A stretch of DNA of 64,000 nt from Candidatus Latescibacterota bacterium (GTDB taxonomy: Bacteria > Latescibacterota > UBA2968), in contig OZ242311.1 of the NCBI GenBank assembly GCA_965207885.1, positions 2,656,001 to 2,720,000 of the forward strand, read 5' to 3'. Of the stretch, positions 19,427 to 28,899 are shown piece by piece. Both the position numbers and the translations under genes were made by a program. Under the pieces are notes generated by a model that saw nothing but the letters and a program-made list of their open reading frames with translations, did no database searches and had not been told where the DNA came from. Each line of letters opens with the position of its first letter. Position 1 is the stretch's first letter.

Positions 19427-19496
19427 ACGCTTTCCACCGGACGACCCGCGCGAGTGGATCAATCGTGCCCGGAGCTACCTTTTTACAGAACTTTAA
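19413..19496 (+). pseudogene. 5' stump of HEPN-domain toxin
   Basis: Overlaps the MNT stop and translates to MKQPERFPPDDPREWINRARS|YLFTEL*, a typical HEPN first helix that then terminates. Confidence 0.7.
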
Positions 19497-19513
19497 GGAC
19501 GCTATCGTCTGGC

Positions 19514-19562
19514 AAAAAGAAAACGGGTAAAGAATGTTATAATTCTCTACCCGTTCTTTTTT
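19514..19562. terminator. Bidirectional intrinsic terminator-like hairpin
   Basis: AAAAAGAAAACGGGTAAAGAAT…ATTCTCTACCCGTTCTTTTTT with A- and T-tracts on both sides. Confidence 0.65.
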
Positions 19563-19700
19563 ATTAAACCGATACCCTCACGTCAATCAGGGATCAACTC
19601 AATATTGAGCCGACAGCCTACGGTCACATTATATTTCGCCAATAATATCCTTGACCCTACATACACCATACTCGCTTATCTTCCAGGTCAATCCAAGTCG

Positions 19701-19722
19701 TGCACCGATCTTTATCGGTGCA
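19701..19722 (-). terminator. Hairpin just after the transglutaminase-like gene stop
   Basis: TGCACCGAT-cttt-ATCGGTGCA; no U-tract. Confidence 0.4.
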
Positions 19723-19726
19723 TTAC

Positions 19727-20629
19727 TCAGTTCGGCGCTTGCGCAAAAGAGGCGATAGATGACGTGTACGCATGGCCTCCTGCCAGTCTTCGCTTCTCGA
19801 GACTACTACGAAGTTCATCATACTCCCAATTCCCGCTCTCGGCCTCCTCACGCCACTTCATGTTGTATGTCTCTCGCTTGCAAACGTCCAGGTGTTTCGG
19901 GGCCAGCGTGAGCCACGTCTTCCCTGAAGTAACACTTCCGAAGCCGTTAAAGCATGGGGAGTGCAGGTAGAGCAAGTTCTTCGCCAGGTACGTCAGATAG
20001 TCTTCTGAGCTATACCTGGCTCCATTGTAACTCAGTTCGTTGTTGCAGAAGATGGTTTTGTGTCGGCAAAGTCGGTCCCTGGTCTCCCATGGGCTCAGGA
20101 TCAGTCCTTCAGAGTCACATAGAAACGCATTGTACGAGGGGTCAACCATCACCCACTTCGAGCGAGAATTACACCAAACCACCGTAACTACATGATTGTC
20201 ATAGTCGTATGGATTCAGAGGATTCAGAGACACTATTCGGCTCTGCAACCCCAGAGATAGGCAGGCCTCTGTTAGCACGATAGACAGCATGTAGCAGTTG
20301 ATGCCATAGTCCTCACCTTTGCCAAACGAATAGCTCAGAAGTCCCGAAGCGTTCATGGGCAGTGCTTTGCAGACCTCGGGCAGCGCTTTGCTTATGTCAC
20401 CTCTGTGGCATATGCCTTCAGACATCCACTGCATTAAGTTCAGGATTTTAGACCAGTCATCTCCACCTCCTGCAACCTGATCAAGTCTATATGCTTCGCG
20501 CAGACGCTCGAGTTCAGGATGGGAGAGTTCATATTGGAAGCCAGGTGCCAATTCGTCTGGTAAGGAATCAAACTCGTCAAACAAGCGTAAGAGCCCGCAG
20601 TTTAGTCTAAACTGATAATTCATCGTCAC
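19727..20629 (-). CDS. Transglutaminase-like cysteine protease domain protein
   Basis: GINCYMLS, DNHVVTVVW and KWVMVDPS give a Cys-His-Asp triad. Confidence 0.85.
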   Translation of the reverse strand: MTMNYQFRLNCGLLRLFDEFDSLPDELAPGFQYELSHPELERLREAYRLDQVAGGGDDWSKILNLMQWMSEGICHRGDISKALPEVCKALPMNASGLLSYSFGKGEDYGINCYMLSIVLTEACLSLGLQSRIVSLNPLNPYDYDNHVVTVVWCNSRSKWVMVDPSYNAFLCDSEGLILSPWETRDRLCRHKTIFCNNELSYNGARYSSEDYLTYLAKNLLYLHSPCFNGFGSVTSGKTWLTLAPKHLDVCKRETYNMKWREEAESGNWEYDELRSSLEKRRLAGGHAYTSSIASFAQAPN

Positions 20630-20925
20630 TACCTCAAGATATGTTGATTCTCTTTTCCCATTTCATATATCTACGTTATTCACGCACCAGTTCAGTAAAT
20701 ATACAGGTACTAAACGAAAGTGTGCAATCGTATTTTCGGAGAAGGAATTTGTAAACGGGGGCTTAAAGACCTAAGATAGAATCAATCTTTTGGATCCTCG
20801 CATTGAGACATTTTGAAGGGATTAAATTTTGCAATAATCTTTATACGCCAAAATGCCATTGCAAACCCCTGTTTTTTCGACTAAATTGCAGATAATTGTA
20901 AATATCGAAAGACAAGGTGCATAAT

Positions 20926-21060
20926 ATGACCAAACACAGACTGCCCATCGGCATTCAGACCTTCCGCAAAATTCGGGAGGAAAACTGCTACTATGTCGAT
21001 AAAACTGCCCACATTCGGCGGCTGATTGACGAGGGTAAGCACTACTTTTTGTCGCGTCCA
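20926..21060 (+). pseudogene. 5' stump of AAA-ATPase-like (PF09820-type) gene
   Basis: LPIGIQTFRKIREENCYYVDKT…YFLSRP breaks off immediately before the expected RRFGKS Walker A. Confidence 0.85.
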
Positions 21061-21104
21061 CATGTCATCCTGTTCAGGGATACTACACTGGAGGAGTACA
21101 GGTT

Positions 21105-21899
21105 ATGGGACAAGCATTGACGGAGCGTGAAATCGAAGCCGTCGTCCGGGAGGTTACAGACGAAGAAGTGGCTTTTTACCACGAATACGGGTGGGTCATG
21201 ATGAAGCAACTCGTGGACTCGGAGTTCGCAACGGAGCTCCTGCACGTGGGGCAAGAGTGGTTGAAACGCAATGACGAAGAGAAAGGCGGCAGACGGTCCG
21301 TCGGCCTGGCGCGGCGGGAAGAGACTGAGCCGTTCCGCTCGTTCATGTTCAGCGAGCGCATGTCAAAGAACGCAACACGACTCGTGAACAGGAAGCGGCT
21401 CAAGGGTGTAGATATCCCACTTCGCTATCGCATCGACATCCTCCAACACAAGCCCCCGGGGGCAGGCGGAGCCACTTATCATCAGGACTCGTCAGAGCAC
21501 GGCTCTGATCGCGTGGGCGAGCTCCAGTTCTGGCTTGCACTGGTGGAAGTGCCACCGGAGATGAGTGCCATGCGATTCGTCAGCCGCTCACATCGCGAAG
21601 GACCGCTTGGCTCGGTATTCAAAGATGACCGGGGCAACCTGCTTGAGCAGTACCCAAATCTGACGTCTGTGCTGGAGCTTTCTCCTCCGTTCCATTACCA
21701 GCCGGGTGACTGCACTGTGCATCACGGATACACAGTCCATGGCGGTCCACCCAACAGCACCGACAAGTCGCGCTGGTCATACCTCTTCTCATACTCTCCA
21801 TCCGACACGCGATACTGGAACGGCACCGCAGCCAACTGGGGCAGCGAGCGGAAGCGTTTGAGTGATTCGGATAATCCCACGGTCCATTTTTCCGAATAA
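21105..21899 (+). CDS. PhyH-family Fe(II)/2OG dioxygenase (close paralog of 24123-24929)
   Basis: HQD…PGDCTVHHGYTVHG…R motifs. Confidence 0.9.
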   Translation: MGQALTEREIEAVVREVTDEEVAFYHEYGWVMMKQLVDSEFATELLHVGQEWLKRNDEEKGGRRSVGLARREETEPFRSFMFSERMSKNATRLVNRKRLKGVDIPLRYRIDILQHKPPGAGGATYHQDSSEHGSDRVGELQFWLALVEVPPEMSAMRFVSRSHREGPLGSVFKDDRGNLLEQYPNLTSVLELSPPFHYQPGDCTVHHGYTVHGGPPNSTDKSRWSYLFSYSPSDTRYWNGTAANWGSERKRLSDSDNPTVHFSE

Positions 21900-21916
21900 G
21901 GTTTCAGGGAGTTGAA

Positions 21917-22654
21917 ATGATTTCTGTACAACAATGGGATTTTTTTCAAGAACACGGTTATCTGATCGTTGAAAATGTAATCTCTGTGCAACGATTGGAA
22001 GTGTTGCGAGAGGCCCTGGAAAAGAGATATGATCTGGAGGGCGAAAAGGCAGGGACAGAAGGATCGACCCCTCCGGGCGTTCGCAGGTTGTGCAATCTCA
22101 TTGGTAAAGGCCGCGCCTTCGAAGAGCTGGCAATCGAGCCGATTGCATTAGAAATGGCCAGGCTGGTGATTGGAGAGGATATGCGCTGGCAGGCCATGAA
22201 TTTTCACGATCCCATGCCCGGTGATCCGCGTCCTATTCAGGAAATCCATGCCGATCGATCGTTCTTTAAGAATTGTACTGCATACCTCAATGTGGTGTGG
22301 GCACTTGATGATATGACAGAAGAAAACGGTGCAACTCGCCTTGTGCCGGGATCGCATAAAAAACCCTGGCCCCGAGATGTTCTGGACGATCTCAAAGAGG
22401 CAGTTGCTGGAGAAATCTACGCGACCTGTAAGGCTGGAACTGGCATTTTTTGCCACGGTGATATCTGGCATGGCGCACGTGCAAACCTTTCAAAATCGCC
22501 CAGGCGTGTGATCCATATGGGATACAGTTGTACAAACACTGCGCCTCAATATGAAATTGCAGGCTCTTTGACGCAGGATATTCGCGAGCGGTTGGGCGAG
22601 CATTGTGCGCTTATTCCAGATTCCCTATCGTCATTTGATTTGGAGAAACCCTAA
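21917..22654 (+). CDS. PhyH-family Fe(II)/2OG dioxygenase
   Basis: HAD, ENGATRLVPGSH, IWHGARAN…R. Confidence 0.92.
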   Translation: MISVQQWDFFQEHGYLIVENVISVQRLEVLREALEKRYDLEGEKAGTEGSTPPGVRRLCNLIGKGRAFEELAIEPIALEMARLVIGEDMRWQAMNFHDPMPGDPRPIQEIHADRSFFKNCTAYLNVVWALDDMTEENGATRLVPGSHKKPWPRDVLDDLKEAVAGEIYATCKAGTGIFCHGDIWHGARANLSKSPRRVIHMGYSCTNTAPQYEIAGSLTQDIRERLGEHCALIPDSLSSFDLEKP

Positions 22655-22659
22655 ATATT

Positions 22660-24093
22660 ATGGCCAATCAAAAACCATTGAATTTTATATTTTTTCAACC
22701 AGACGAAATGCGAGCCGAAAGTTTGGGCTGTTATGGCCATCCATTGATCAAAACCCCAAATTACGATCGCCTGGCGGCAGAAGGGGTTCGCTTTGACCAA
22801 TGCCATGTGCAAAACGCGCAATGTACGCCTTCCAGAGTTTCGATGATGACGGGGCTTTATCCCCATTGTGCCGGGCATCGCTCCATGTGGCATCTGATAA
22901 GACCTCACGAACCCCATCTTTTTAAATATCTGTATGAAGCTGGCTACGATATTCACTGGTATGGCAAAAATGATTTACTCGCACGAGATAGTTTGTCTTG
23001 CATAAAAGAATATTATGAACACAAAGATGATAAAAGGAAGAATCGCTGGCAAAGGGGTGACAAGGAATTCTATAGTTTTGATTTTGAGCCTTTGGATTGC
23101 GAAAGGGAAGAGGTCGCTGATTATGTGAAAGTCAAAGCGGGGATCGATTTTCTGAACAATCGCAAAGATGATGACAATCCCTTCTTTTTGTTTTTGCCGC
23201 TTCTACAACCCCATCCAGGTTATACCACCCACCGCGATTTTTATGACATATATGATCCCAGAGATATACCGGACTTGAGACCCGCTGGGCTGGACAAAAA
23301 GCCGGATTTCTACGCGCTCATCAGAAAGTACCGCCGCTTAGATGAATTGTCGGAGGATTTCTTTCGAAAATTGAATGCTGTTTATCTCGGTATGATCAGC
23401 TATACGGACTGGCTGCTGGGGGAGTTGATGACTGTTATGGAGGAGAAGGGGCTTTTTGAAAATACGGTTCTGATCGTTTCGTCTGATCACGGTGACTGGG
23501 CAGGGGACTATGGACTGGTGGAAAAATGGCCAAGTGATTACAGTGATGCGCTGACACGAGTGCCTCTATTGGTAAAAGCTCCCGATAGCAAAGCAGGTCA
23601 TGTGGTGGAAGGTCCGGTTGAGATGTTTGATCTCATGCCATCTGTTATGGAACTGGCGGGTCTTTCTCCTGAACACACCCATTTCGCCAGGTCCTTTGTG
23701 CCCCAACTCCAGGGTGAAGCGGAAGATAAGGATCGATTGGTATTTGCGGAAGGGGGCTATGAGATTCAAGAGCCTCATGTATTTGAAGGGCGATGGGACT
23801 GGAGCAATCCCAACAAGGATGGTGTATATTTTCCCAAGGGCAAACTGCAACAAGAAGTGCGCGAAAGTGTTTGCCGTACGGCGATGATCAGGAGTTTGAA
23901 TCACAAGCTCATTCGACGCACAGCCGGTCAGGACGAGTTATACGATCTCAAAAGTGATCCTCGGGAGTTGACGAATTTAATTGATGACCCGGGTATGCGA
24001 GAGACAAGGTTAGATCTGGAAAGGTCTATGCTTGATTGGTTTATGAGAACTTCTGACACCGTCCCCGTCGGAGGAGATCCAAGGGGATTTTGA
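22660..24093 (+). CDS. Sulfatase (choline-sulfatase-like)
   Basis: CTPSRVSMMTG, SSDHGD, EKW. Confidence 0.92.
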   Translation: MANQKPLNFIFFQPDEMRAESLGCYGHPLIKTPNYDRLAAEGVRFDQCHVQNAQCTPSRVSMMTGLYPHCAGHRSMWHLIRPHEPHLFKYLYEAGYDIHWYGKNDLLARDSLSCIKEYYEHKDDKRKNRWQRGDKEFYSFDFEPLDCEREEVADYVKVKAGIDFLNNRKDDDNPFFLFLPLLQPHPGYTTHRDFYDIYDPRDIPDLRPAGLDKKPDFYALIRKYRRLDELSEDFFRKLNAVYLGMISYTDWLLGELMTVMEEKGLFENTVLIVSSDHGDWAGDYGLVEKWPSDYSDALTRVPLLVKAPDSKAGHVVEGPVEMFDLMPSVMELAGLSPEHTHFARSFVPQLQGEAEDKDRLVFAEGGYEIQEPHVFEGRWDWSNPNKDGVYFPKGKLQQEVRESVCRTAMIRSLNHKLIRRTAGQDELYDLKSDPRELTNLIDDPGMRETRLDLERSMLDWFMRTSDTVPVGGDPRGF

Positions 24094-24122
24094 GGGAACA
24101 CGACACTGTAGGAGCACGGGTT

Positions 24123-24929
24123 ATGGGACAAGCATTGACAGGGCGCGAGATCGAAGCCGTCGTTCGGGAGGTCACAGACGAAGAAGTGGCTTTCTATCAG
24201 GAGTATGGATGGGTCATGATGAAGCAGCTCGTAGATCCGGAGTTTGTCACGGAGCTTCTAACTGTCGGTCAGGATTGGCTGGAACGCTACGGCGAAGAGA
24301 AGGGCGGCAGACGGGCTGTCGGCCTGGTACTGCAGGAAGAGGCTGAGCCGTTCCGCTCGTTCATGTTTAGCGAACGCATGTCAAAAAACGCGATGCGACT
24401 CGTGAATAGGAAGCGGCTCAAGGGCGTGGATATCCCACTTCGCTATCGCGCTGACGTCATCAGAGAAAAGCCCCCAGGGGCAGCCAGAACCCATTATCAT
24501 CAGGACTCGTCACAGCACGGCTCTGATCGCGTGGGCGAACTCCAGTTCTGGATTGCGCTGGCGGAAGTGACACCGGAGATGAGCGCGATGCGATTTGTCA
24601 GTTGCTCGCATCGCGAAGGACCGCTTGGCTCGATAGGCGGCGATGGCCAAGGCGACCTGCTCGAGCAATTTCCAAATCTGACGTCTGTGCTGGAGCTTTC
24701 TCCACCGTTCCATTACCAGCCTGGTGATTGCACTGTACATCACGGGTACACAGTCCATGGCGCTCCAGTCAACAGCACTGACAGGTCGCGCTGGTCATAC
24801 CTCTTCTCGTATTCGCCTTCCGACACGCGATACTGGAACGGCACCGCAGCCAACTGGGGCAACGCGCGGAAGCATCTGAGTGACGCGGATAATCCAACGG
24901 TCTATTTTCCAGATTCAGACGAGGTATAA
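24123..24929 (+). CDS. PhyH-family dioxygenase (close paralog of 21105-21899)
   Basis: HQD…H triad and long identical DNA stretches with the first copy; AGGAG RBS supports ATG 24123. Confidence 0.9.
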   Translation: MGQALTGREIEAVVREVTDEEVAFYQEYGWVMMKQLVDPEFVTELLTVGQDWLERYGEEKGGRRAVGLVLQEEAEPFRSFMFSERMSKNAMRLVNRKRLKGVDIPLRYRADVIREKPPGAARTHYHQDSSQHGSDRVGELQFWIALAEVTPEMSAMRFVSCSHREGPLGSIGGDGQGDLLEQFPNLTSVLELSPPFHYQPGDCTVHHGYTVHGAPVNSTDRSRWSYLFSYSPSDTRYWNGTAANWGNARKHLSDADNPTVYFPDSDEV

Positions 24930-24960
24930 CCTCAATGTTTCTAAATGAAAAGGAGCAACA

Positions 24961-25707
24961 ATGTCAATTGAGCAATTACAACAGTATGGTTTAACCGGCC
25001 CTTTTGAGTTGGCAGACAAATCCCTCGTCGATGCCGTATGTGAGGTCGGGATAGAACTACAAGCGCTACAACGCCAGGAAAATATCGTGCGCCGGTTGGC
25101 AGGACAAGAACCCCAATTTAGAACGAAGATCGATAGACACATGGAATTCAAGGCGATGAGAGACCTCTGTCTCGATGACAATGTGAAGTCCGTGGTGTCC
25201 GAACATTTCGGCAATGATCTTTTCATTTGGGGTAGCGTCTTTCAATTGAAATCTGAAGGCGTGTCAGAAAATATATGGCACCACGATCGCGCATACGAAA
25301 ACGGTCGCGATCAAGTCAATCTCTATGACACCACCAATCATTTTTCTATTCTATTTGCGTTGACCGACATTGGGTACGGTGCTGGCCGCATCGAATATGT
25401 GAAGGGATCTCATCAACCCATTGATGGGTGGAACAGAGATATGCGATTTGTAAAAGAAGTGCCAGAACTCGTCCATGATAGGATCGGCACACTCACAATG
25501 GAAAGAGGCCAGTTCACGGTGTTTCATTCTCAAATCATGCATCGCAGCCTGCCTTTTGAGTATGGCGAGCCAAGAATCTCATTGGCCGTCAGACTTGCGA
25601 GGAAGGGCACAGAAATCCCCGATTATTATCCACAAAATCCAAATCCAGCCGCAGACACACAAGGGATCGCCCGTTTCAATCCGTCCGCGACATTTTCTTT
25701 TGACTAA
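24961..25707 (+). CDS. PhyH-family dioxygenase
   Basis: WHHD, YVKGSH, IMHRS…R. Confidence 0.85.
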   Translation: MSIEQLQQYGLTGPFELADKSLVDAVCEVGIELQALQRQENIVRRLAGQEPQFRTKIDRHMEFKAMRDLCLDDNVKSVVSEHFGNDLFIWGSVFQLKSEGVSENIWHHDRAYENGRDQVNLYDTTNHFSILFALTDIGYGAGRIEYVKGSHQPIDGWNRDMRFVKEVPELVHDRIGTLTMERGQFTVFHSQIMHRSLPFEYGEPRISLAVRLARKGTEIPDYYPQNPNPAADTQGIARFNPSATFSFD

Positions 25708-25764
25708 GGTGTATGGGATCTACAGGAGCGAACCTTTGAGATCCAAACCAGAGAGAGGCCAGTT

Positions 25765-26907
25765 ATGAAACACACAGGCTCAGACCATCCTGTCGAACTC
25801 ACCCTTGAGCAAAAACGAACTTTCTATCGGGATGGATTCATTATTCTCAAAAACATCGTACCCAAAGAGCTGACCCACCGTGCCCGACGACTGGTCAATA
25901 TCACCGCAGGTCAAATTGTGAATGGTACGATGGATGCGCCCAAAAGAAGAAATCGCTTCGTCGGCAGCGAAGACATCATCACAGATCTCATTAACAAAAC
26001 GGCGCTAACCGAAGTGCTCACCAACACCATGGGGCCATTTGATCCTCCGACAAATGGCTTTGCGCCGATTCTGTATCCGCGCGAGCCAACCAGAGAAATC
26101 GGCATCCACGGCCTGCCGGATGATGAAGTGCCCAATCATGCATTTTTTCCGCATCTGGACGGCCAGTGGACGGGACCCATTCCCAAAGCGGCGGACGAAG
26201 TAGATGATTGGTACGCGCCCAAAACACCGCACTTTGGTGATCGCAGTGCCAGCGTGATCGGGATAAACGGTTCGCCTTTGTTTCAGGACCCGGATTGCAT
26301 GCTCTCCATCGGTAGCTTTACCACATTCGTCGGCGTGGTCCTGAGCGACCAATCCAAATTTGGCTACGGCAACTTTGCCGTCCTCCGCGGTGCCCATCAT
26401 CACACAGCCGAATTCTTTCGCCGGCAACGCGCCCAGGGCGGCGTCATCGGCCCCGAAGGCCATGATTGGCCGCGTTTAAAACGCGTTGGCGATAAGGGTG
26501 TGGGTATTAATTACATGCCGGAATGGATCGCTAATCATTATCGAGAAGGCGCAGAATACACACCCGATGGTCTCATGTGGCCGGAGCCTACACCCTTGCT
26601 CGTTGAAGAGGGCGATGCCTTTATTACGGCTCACGGTATCCCACATTGTGGCACCCGCAACGACATGGGTGCCGACCCTCGTATTAGTGCCTATTTTCGG
26701 CTGCGTCGCCATCGTCCGGGAGGGGCAAAAGTGCGAGGAGACAGCGATCACCCCGACCGCGGTTGGGAAGGCGAATTTCTCGAATATTCCGATGGGTATA
26801 ATCCCTGGCAGGTCGCAATCGATAAATTGTGCGATCCCTGGAGTGAATGGGACGGCATGCAAGAAGTCGTTGCCGAGGCAAGGGGTTTGGGAGATCAAAA
26901 TAACTAA
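25765..26907 (+). CDS. Divergent PhyH-like dioxygenase
   Basis: FYRDGFIILKNIV, PHLDG, GNFAVLRGAH, PHCG…R. Confidence 0.75.
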   Translation: MKHTGSDHPVELTLEQKRTFYRDGFIILKNIVPKELTHRARRLVNITAGQIVNGTMDAPKRRNRFVGSEDIITDLINKTALTEVLTNTMGPFDPPTNGFAPILYPREPTREIGIHGLPDDEVPNHAFFPHLDGQWTGPIPKAADEVDDWYAPKTPHFGDRSASVIGINGSPLFQDPDCMLSIGSFTTFVGVVLSDQSKFGYGNFAVLRGAHHHTAEFFRRQRAQGGVIGPEGHDWPRLKRVGDKGVGINYMPEWIANHYREGAEYTPDGLMWPEPTPLLVEEGDAFITAHGIPHCGTRNDMGADPRISAYFRLRRHRPGGAKVRGDSDHPDRGWEGEFLEYSDGYNPWQVAIDKLCDPWSEWDGMQEVVAEARGLGDQNN

Positions 26908-26929
26908 CTGTGCGACAAAGGAGTGCCAC

Positions 26930-28114
26930 ATGCCCCCAACTCAGACATTTGAAGAGCGCGTCGTTCGCGTGGAGAAACCTTCCGCTCACTTCGCGCTGTT
27001 GAGAAATGAAAAGGGTGATTTTCTGGGCGTATCGGAAGGCGAGACAGCCGTCTTTGACCACGCCGACGACAAAGCGATCTGGAAAGAAGAAGGCGACACC
27101 TGTCGCCACGTGGTGTCGGGCCTGACTCTCGATGTGTCTGCGGCGAATGACGAAGGCGTACATCTCGCTCTGAATGGGAAATCACTGGGCGAAGACGGCT
27201 CCGAATCGTCCGTGCCAGGGCGTTTTCAGCCGGGTCACGGCCCTGCCCATCTTCCGTCCGAATACCTCCAGCAAATCCGCGAGAACGGATGGGTCTGCCT
27301 TCCGAGCATTTTGTCTCCCCACGCGACCGAAGAACTACAAAGGGCGAGTTGCACTGGCAAGTGGAACCATGAAGAATTAGACAGAAGTCTGCCGACCCTC
27401 ACGCAGTCTGTGGAAGTGTCGAGAGCCGCAACCGAGCCCGTATCTCTCTGGGTGATGCGGGAGTATATGCAGTGTCGGGAAATTCGGCTGGCGCACAGGC
27501 CCGGTTTTGCCGTCGTGGCTCCGGATGACGGTGAACGCCGGGTGGGGGGGTGGCATTCGGATTATCCCTACCTCTGGGGGATTGCCAGGAATTCCTCCGA
27601 TGGAAATCGGATTGTACCGCACAATGCGCTGAATCTCGTGCTTGGCGTTCAGCGAAATTTATGTGTGACCGAATTTAAGAGTGAAAACGGCGCAACCTGT
27701 TTCAAACTCGGATCGCATACGTTTGGGCAAGGACCGCCTCCAGAATGGGGGAGTGGGAATACGTACAGGGAGGAGGGATCTCGTCAGGCAAGGGGTCTCC
27801 CCTATACAGGCTCCGAAGCAGACGTCGTCGAGGCGCCGGCGGGCAGCTACGTCATCTATGATGCCCGAACCTGGCATCGAGCAGGTGTGAACCGCACGGA
27901 CAAAAAGCGGGCGGCGATGCTTCAGTCCGTCGTTCCTATGTACATCATGCCTTTTATGGAGACCGCTCGTCCCTACAAGGAGTTCCTTTCAAGCCCTCTG
28001 GCGAGTCAACTTACGGAGCGGGAGCATATCGAGTTGGAAAGTCTCCTGGTAAGCCGAATTGATGGGCCTCAAGGGCGTTTGGCGATCACCATGGATGAGG
28101 AGCTTTCCAGATGA
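26930..28114 (+). CDS. PhyH-family dioxygenase with ~110 aa N-terminal extra domain
   Basis: AAGGAG RBS before ATG 26930; WHSDYPY, ENGATCFKLGSH, TWHRAGVN…R. Confidence 0.82.
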   Translation: MPPTQTFEERVVRVEKPSAHFALLRNEKGDFLGVSEGETAVFDHADDKAIWKEEGDTCRHVVSGLTLDVSAANDEGVHLALNGKSLGEDGSESSVPGRFQPGHGPAHLPSEYLQQIRENGWVCLPSILSPHATEELQRASCTGKWNHEELDRSLPTLTQSVEVSRAATEPVSLWVMREYMQCREIRLAHRPGFAVVAPDDGERRVGGWHSDYPYLWGIARNSSDGNRIVPHNALNLVLGVQRNLCVTEFKSENGATCFKLGSHTFGQGPPPEWGSGNTYREEGSRQARGLPYTGSEADVVEAPAGSYVIYDARTWHRAGVNRTDKKRAAMLQSVVPMYIMPFMETARPYKEFLSSPLASQLTEREHIELESLLVSRIDGPQGRLAITMDEELSR

Positions 28115-28875
28115 ACGAATACAAGACGCATTTTGATACCCCGGAAGATGCTTACTTCGGCTTTTTTGAAGCCGACGCCTCCCAAAATGGAGATGCCTGG
28201 GCTGCCGTGATGAGCTATCCCCATGTCCGCGTTGACGCATCGGGGCGGACCGCCTACTACGATACGGCACGGGATTACGCGGATAATGCCGACTGGACCT
28301 CAAGGGTAGCGACGGGTTGGGTCCTGACGAGGGGGCGAGAACCCGTCCGGCTGCACGAATCTCCCAACAAGGTCCACCTGGTAGGCGGGTGGACGCGATA
28401 CAATGCAGACGATGATCCCATCCTGTGGAATCGCGTCACTTATATTGTCACCAAACCCGCTGATTCGTGGGGGATCCAGGCGCGGTTTGCACTCGGTACT
28501 TATTACGACGGGCGTGACGACGAAACAGCTATCGTCCAGGCTACCGAAGCGGCAATTGGTCAGGTGCGACGCTATTGCGATGCGCTGGAGAAAAGCGATG
28601 GCGATGCTTGCGCCAGCCTCTGTCGTTTTCCGCTGATTGAGGTCGGCGTTGGCGCAGTAACACGGATCGAAGATGGCACCAAACTGGCGCAACAGGTCAA
28701 CGAAAGAACCATATCGGTCAGCAATATAGAGGTCGAGGCAGCACAATCCGGTCCCAAGGGCGTCCTTGTGGCAGTGACGGCTGACGATGTCTCTGGCAAC
28801 AGCGAGGAATCCATCGTGGTGGTCAGCAGATCGGCTGACGCATGGCAGATCGCTGGCATTTCGAAAATGTTGTAA
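28111..28875 (+). CDS. Hypothetical protein, likely two NTF2-like domains
   Basis: ATGA overlap with the upstream gene; two halves with parallel motifs (MSYPHV/CRFPLI … SWGIQA/AWQIAG). Confidence 0.6.
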   Translation: MNEYKTHFDTPEDAYFGFFEADASQNGDAWAAVMSYPHVRVDASGRTAYYDTARDYADNADWTSRVATGWVLTRGREPVRLHESPNKVHLVGGWTRYNADDDPILWNRVTYIVTKPADSWGIQARFALGTYYDGRDDETAIVQATEAAIGQVRRYCDALEKSDGDACASLCRFPLIEVGVGAVTRIEDGTKLAQQVNERTISVSNIEVEAAQSGPKGVLVAVTADDVSGNSEESIVVVSRSADAWQIAGISKML

Positions 28876-28899
28876 AGCCCTGACATAAGGAGGAATATC

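Noticed and set aside
24001-24013. GAGACAAggTTAG as a second target of the TnpB guide
   Set aside because: Only a 7-nt seed match, and it is preceded by TGCGA rather than TTTAT.
24961-25707. SyrB2-like halogenase
   Set aside because: It retains HxD (WHHD); halogenases have HxA/G.
26486-26929. Long upstream extension of the 542-aa ORF
   Set aside because: It overlaps the preceding gene in another frame; the RBS supports a start at 26930.
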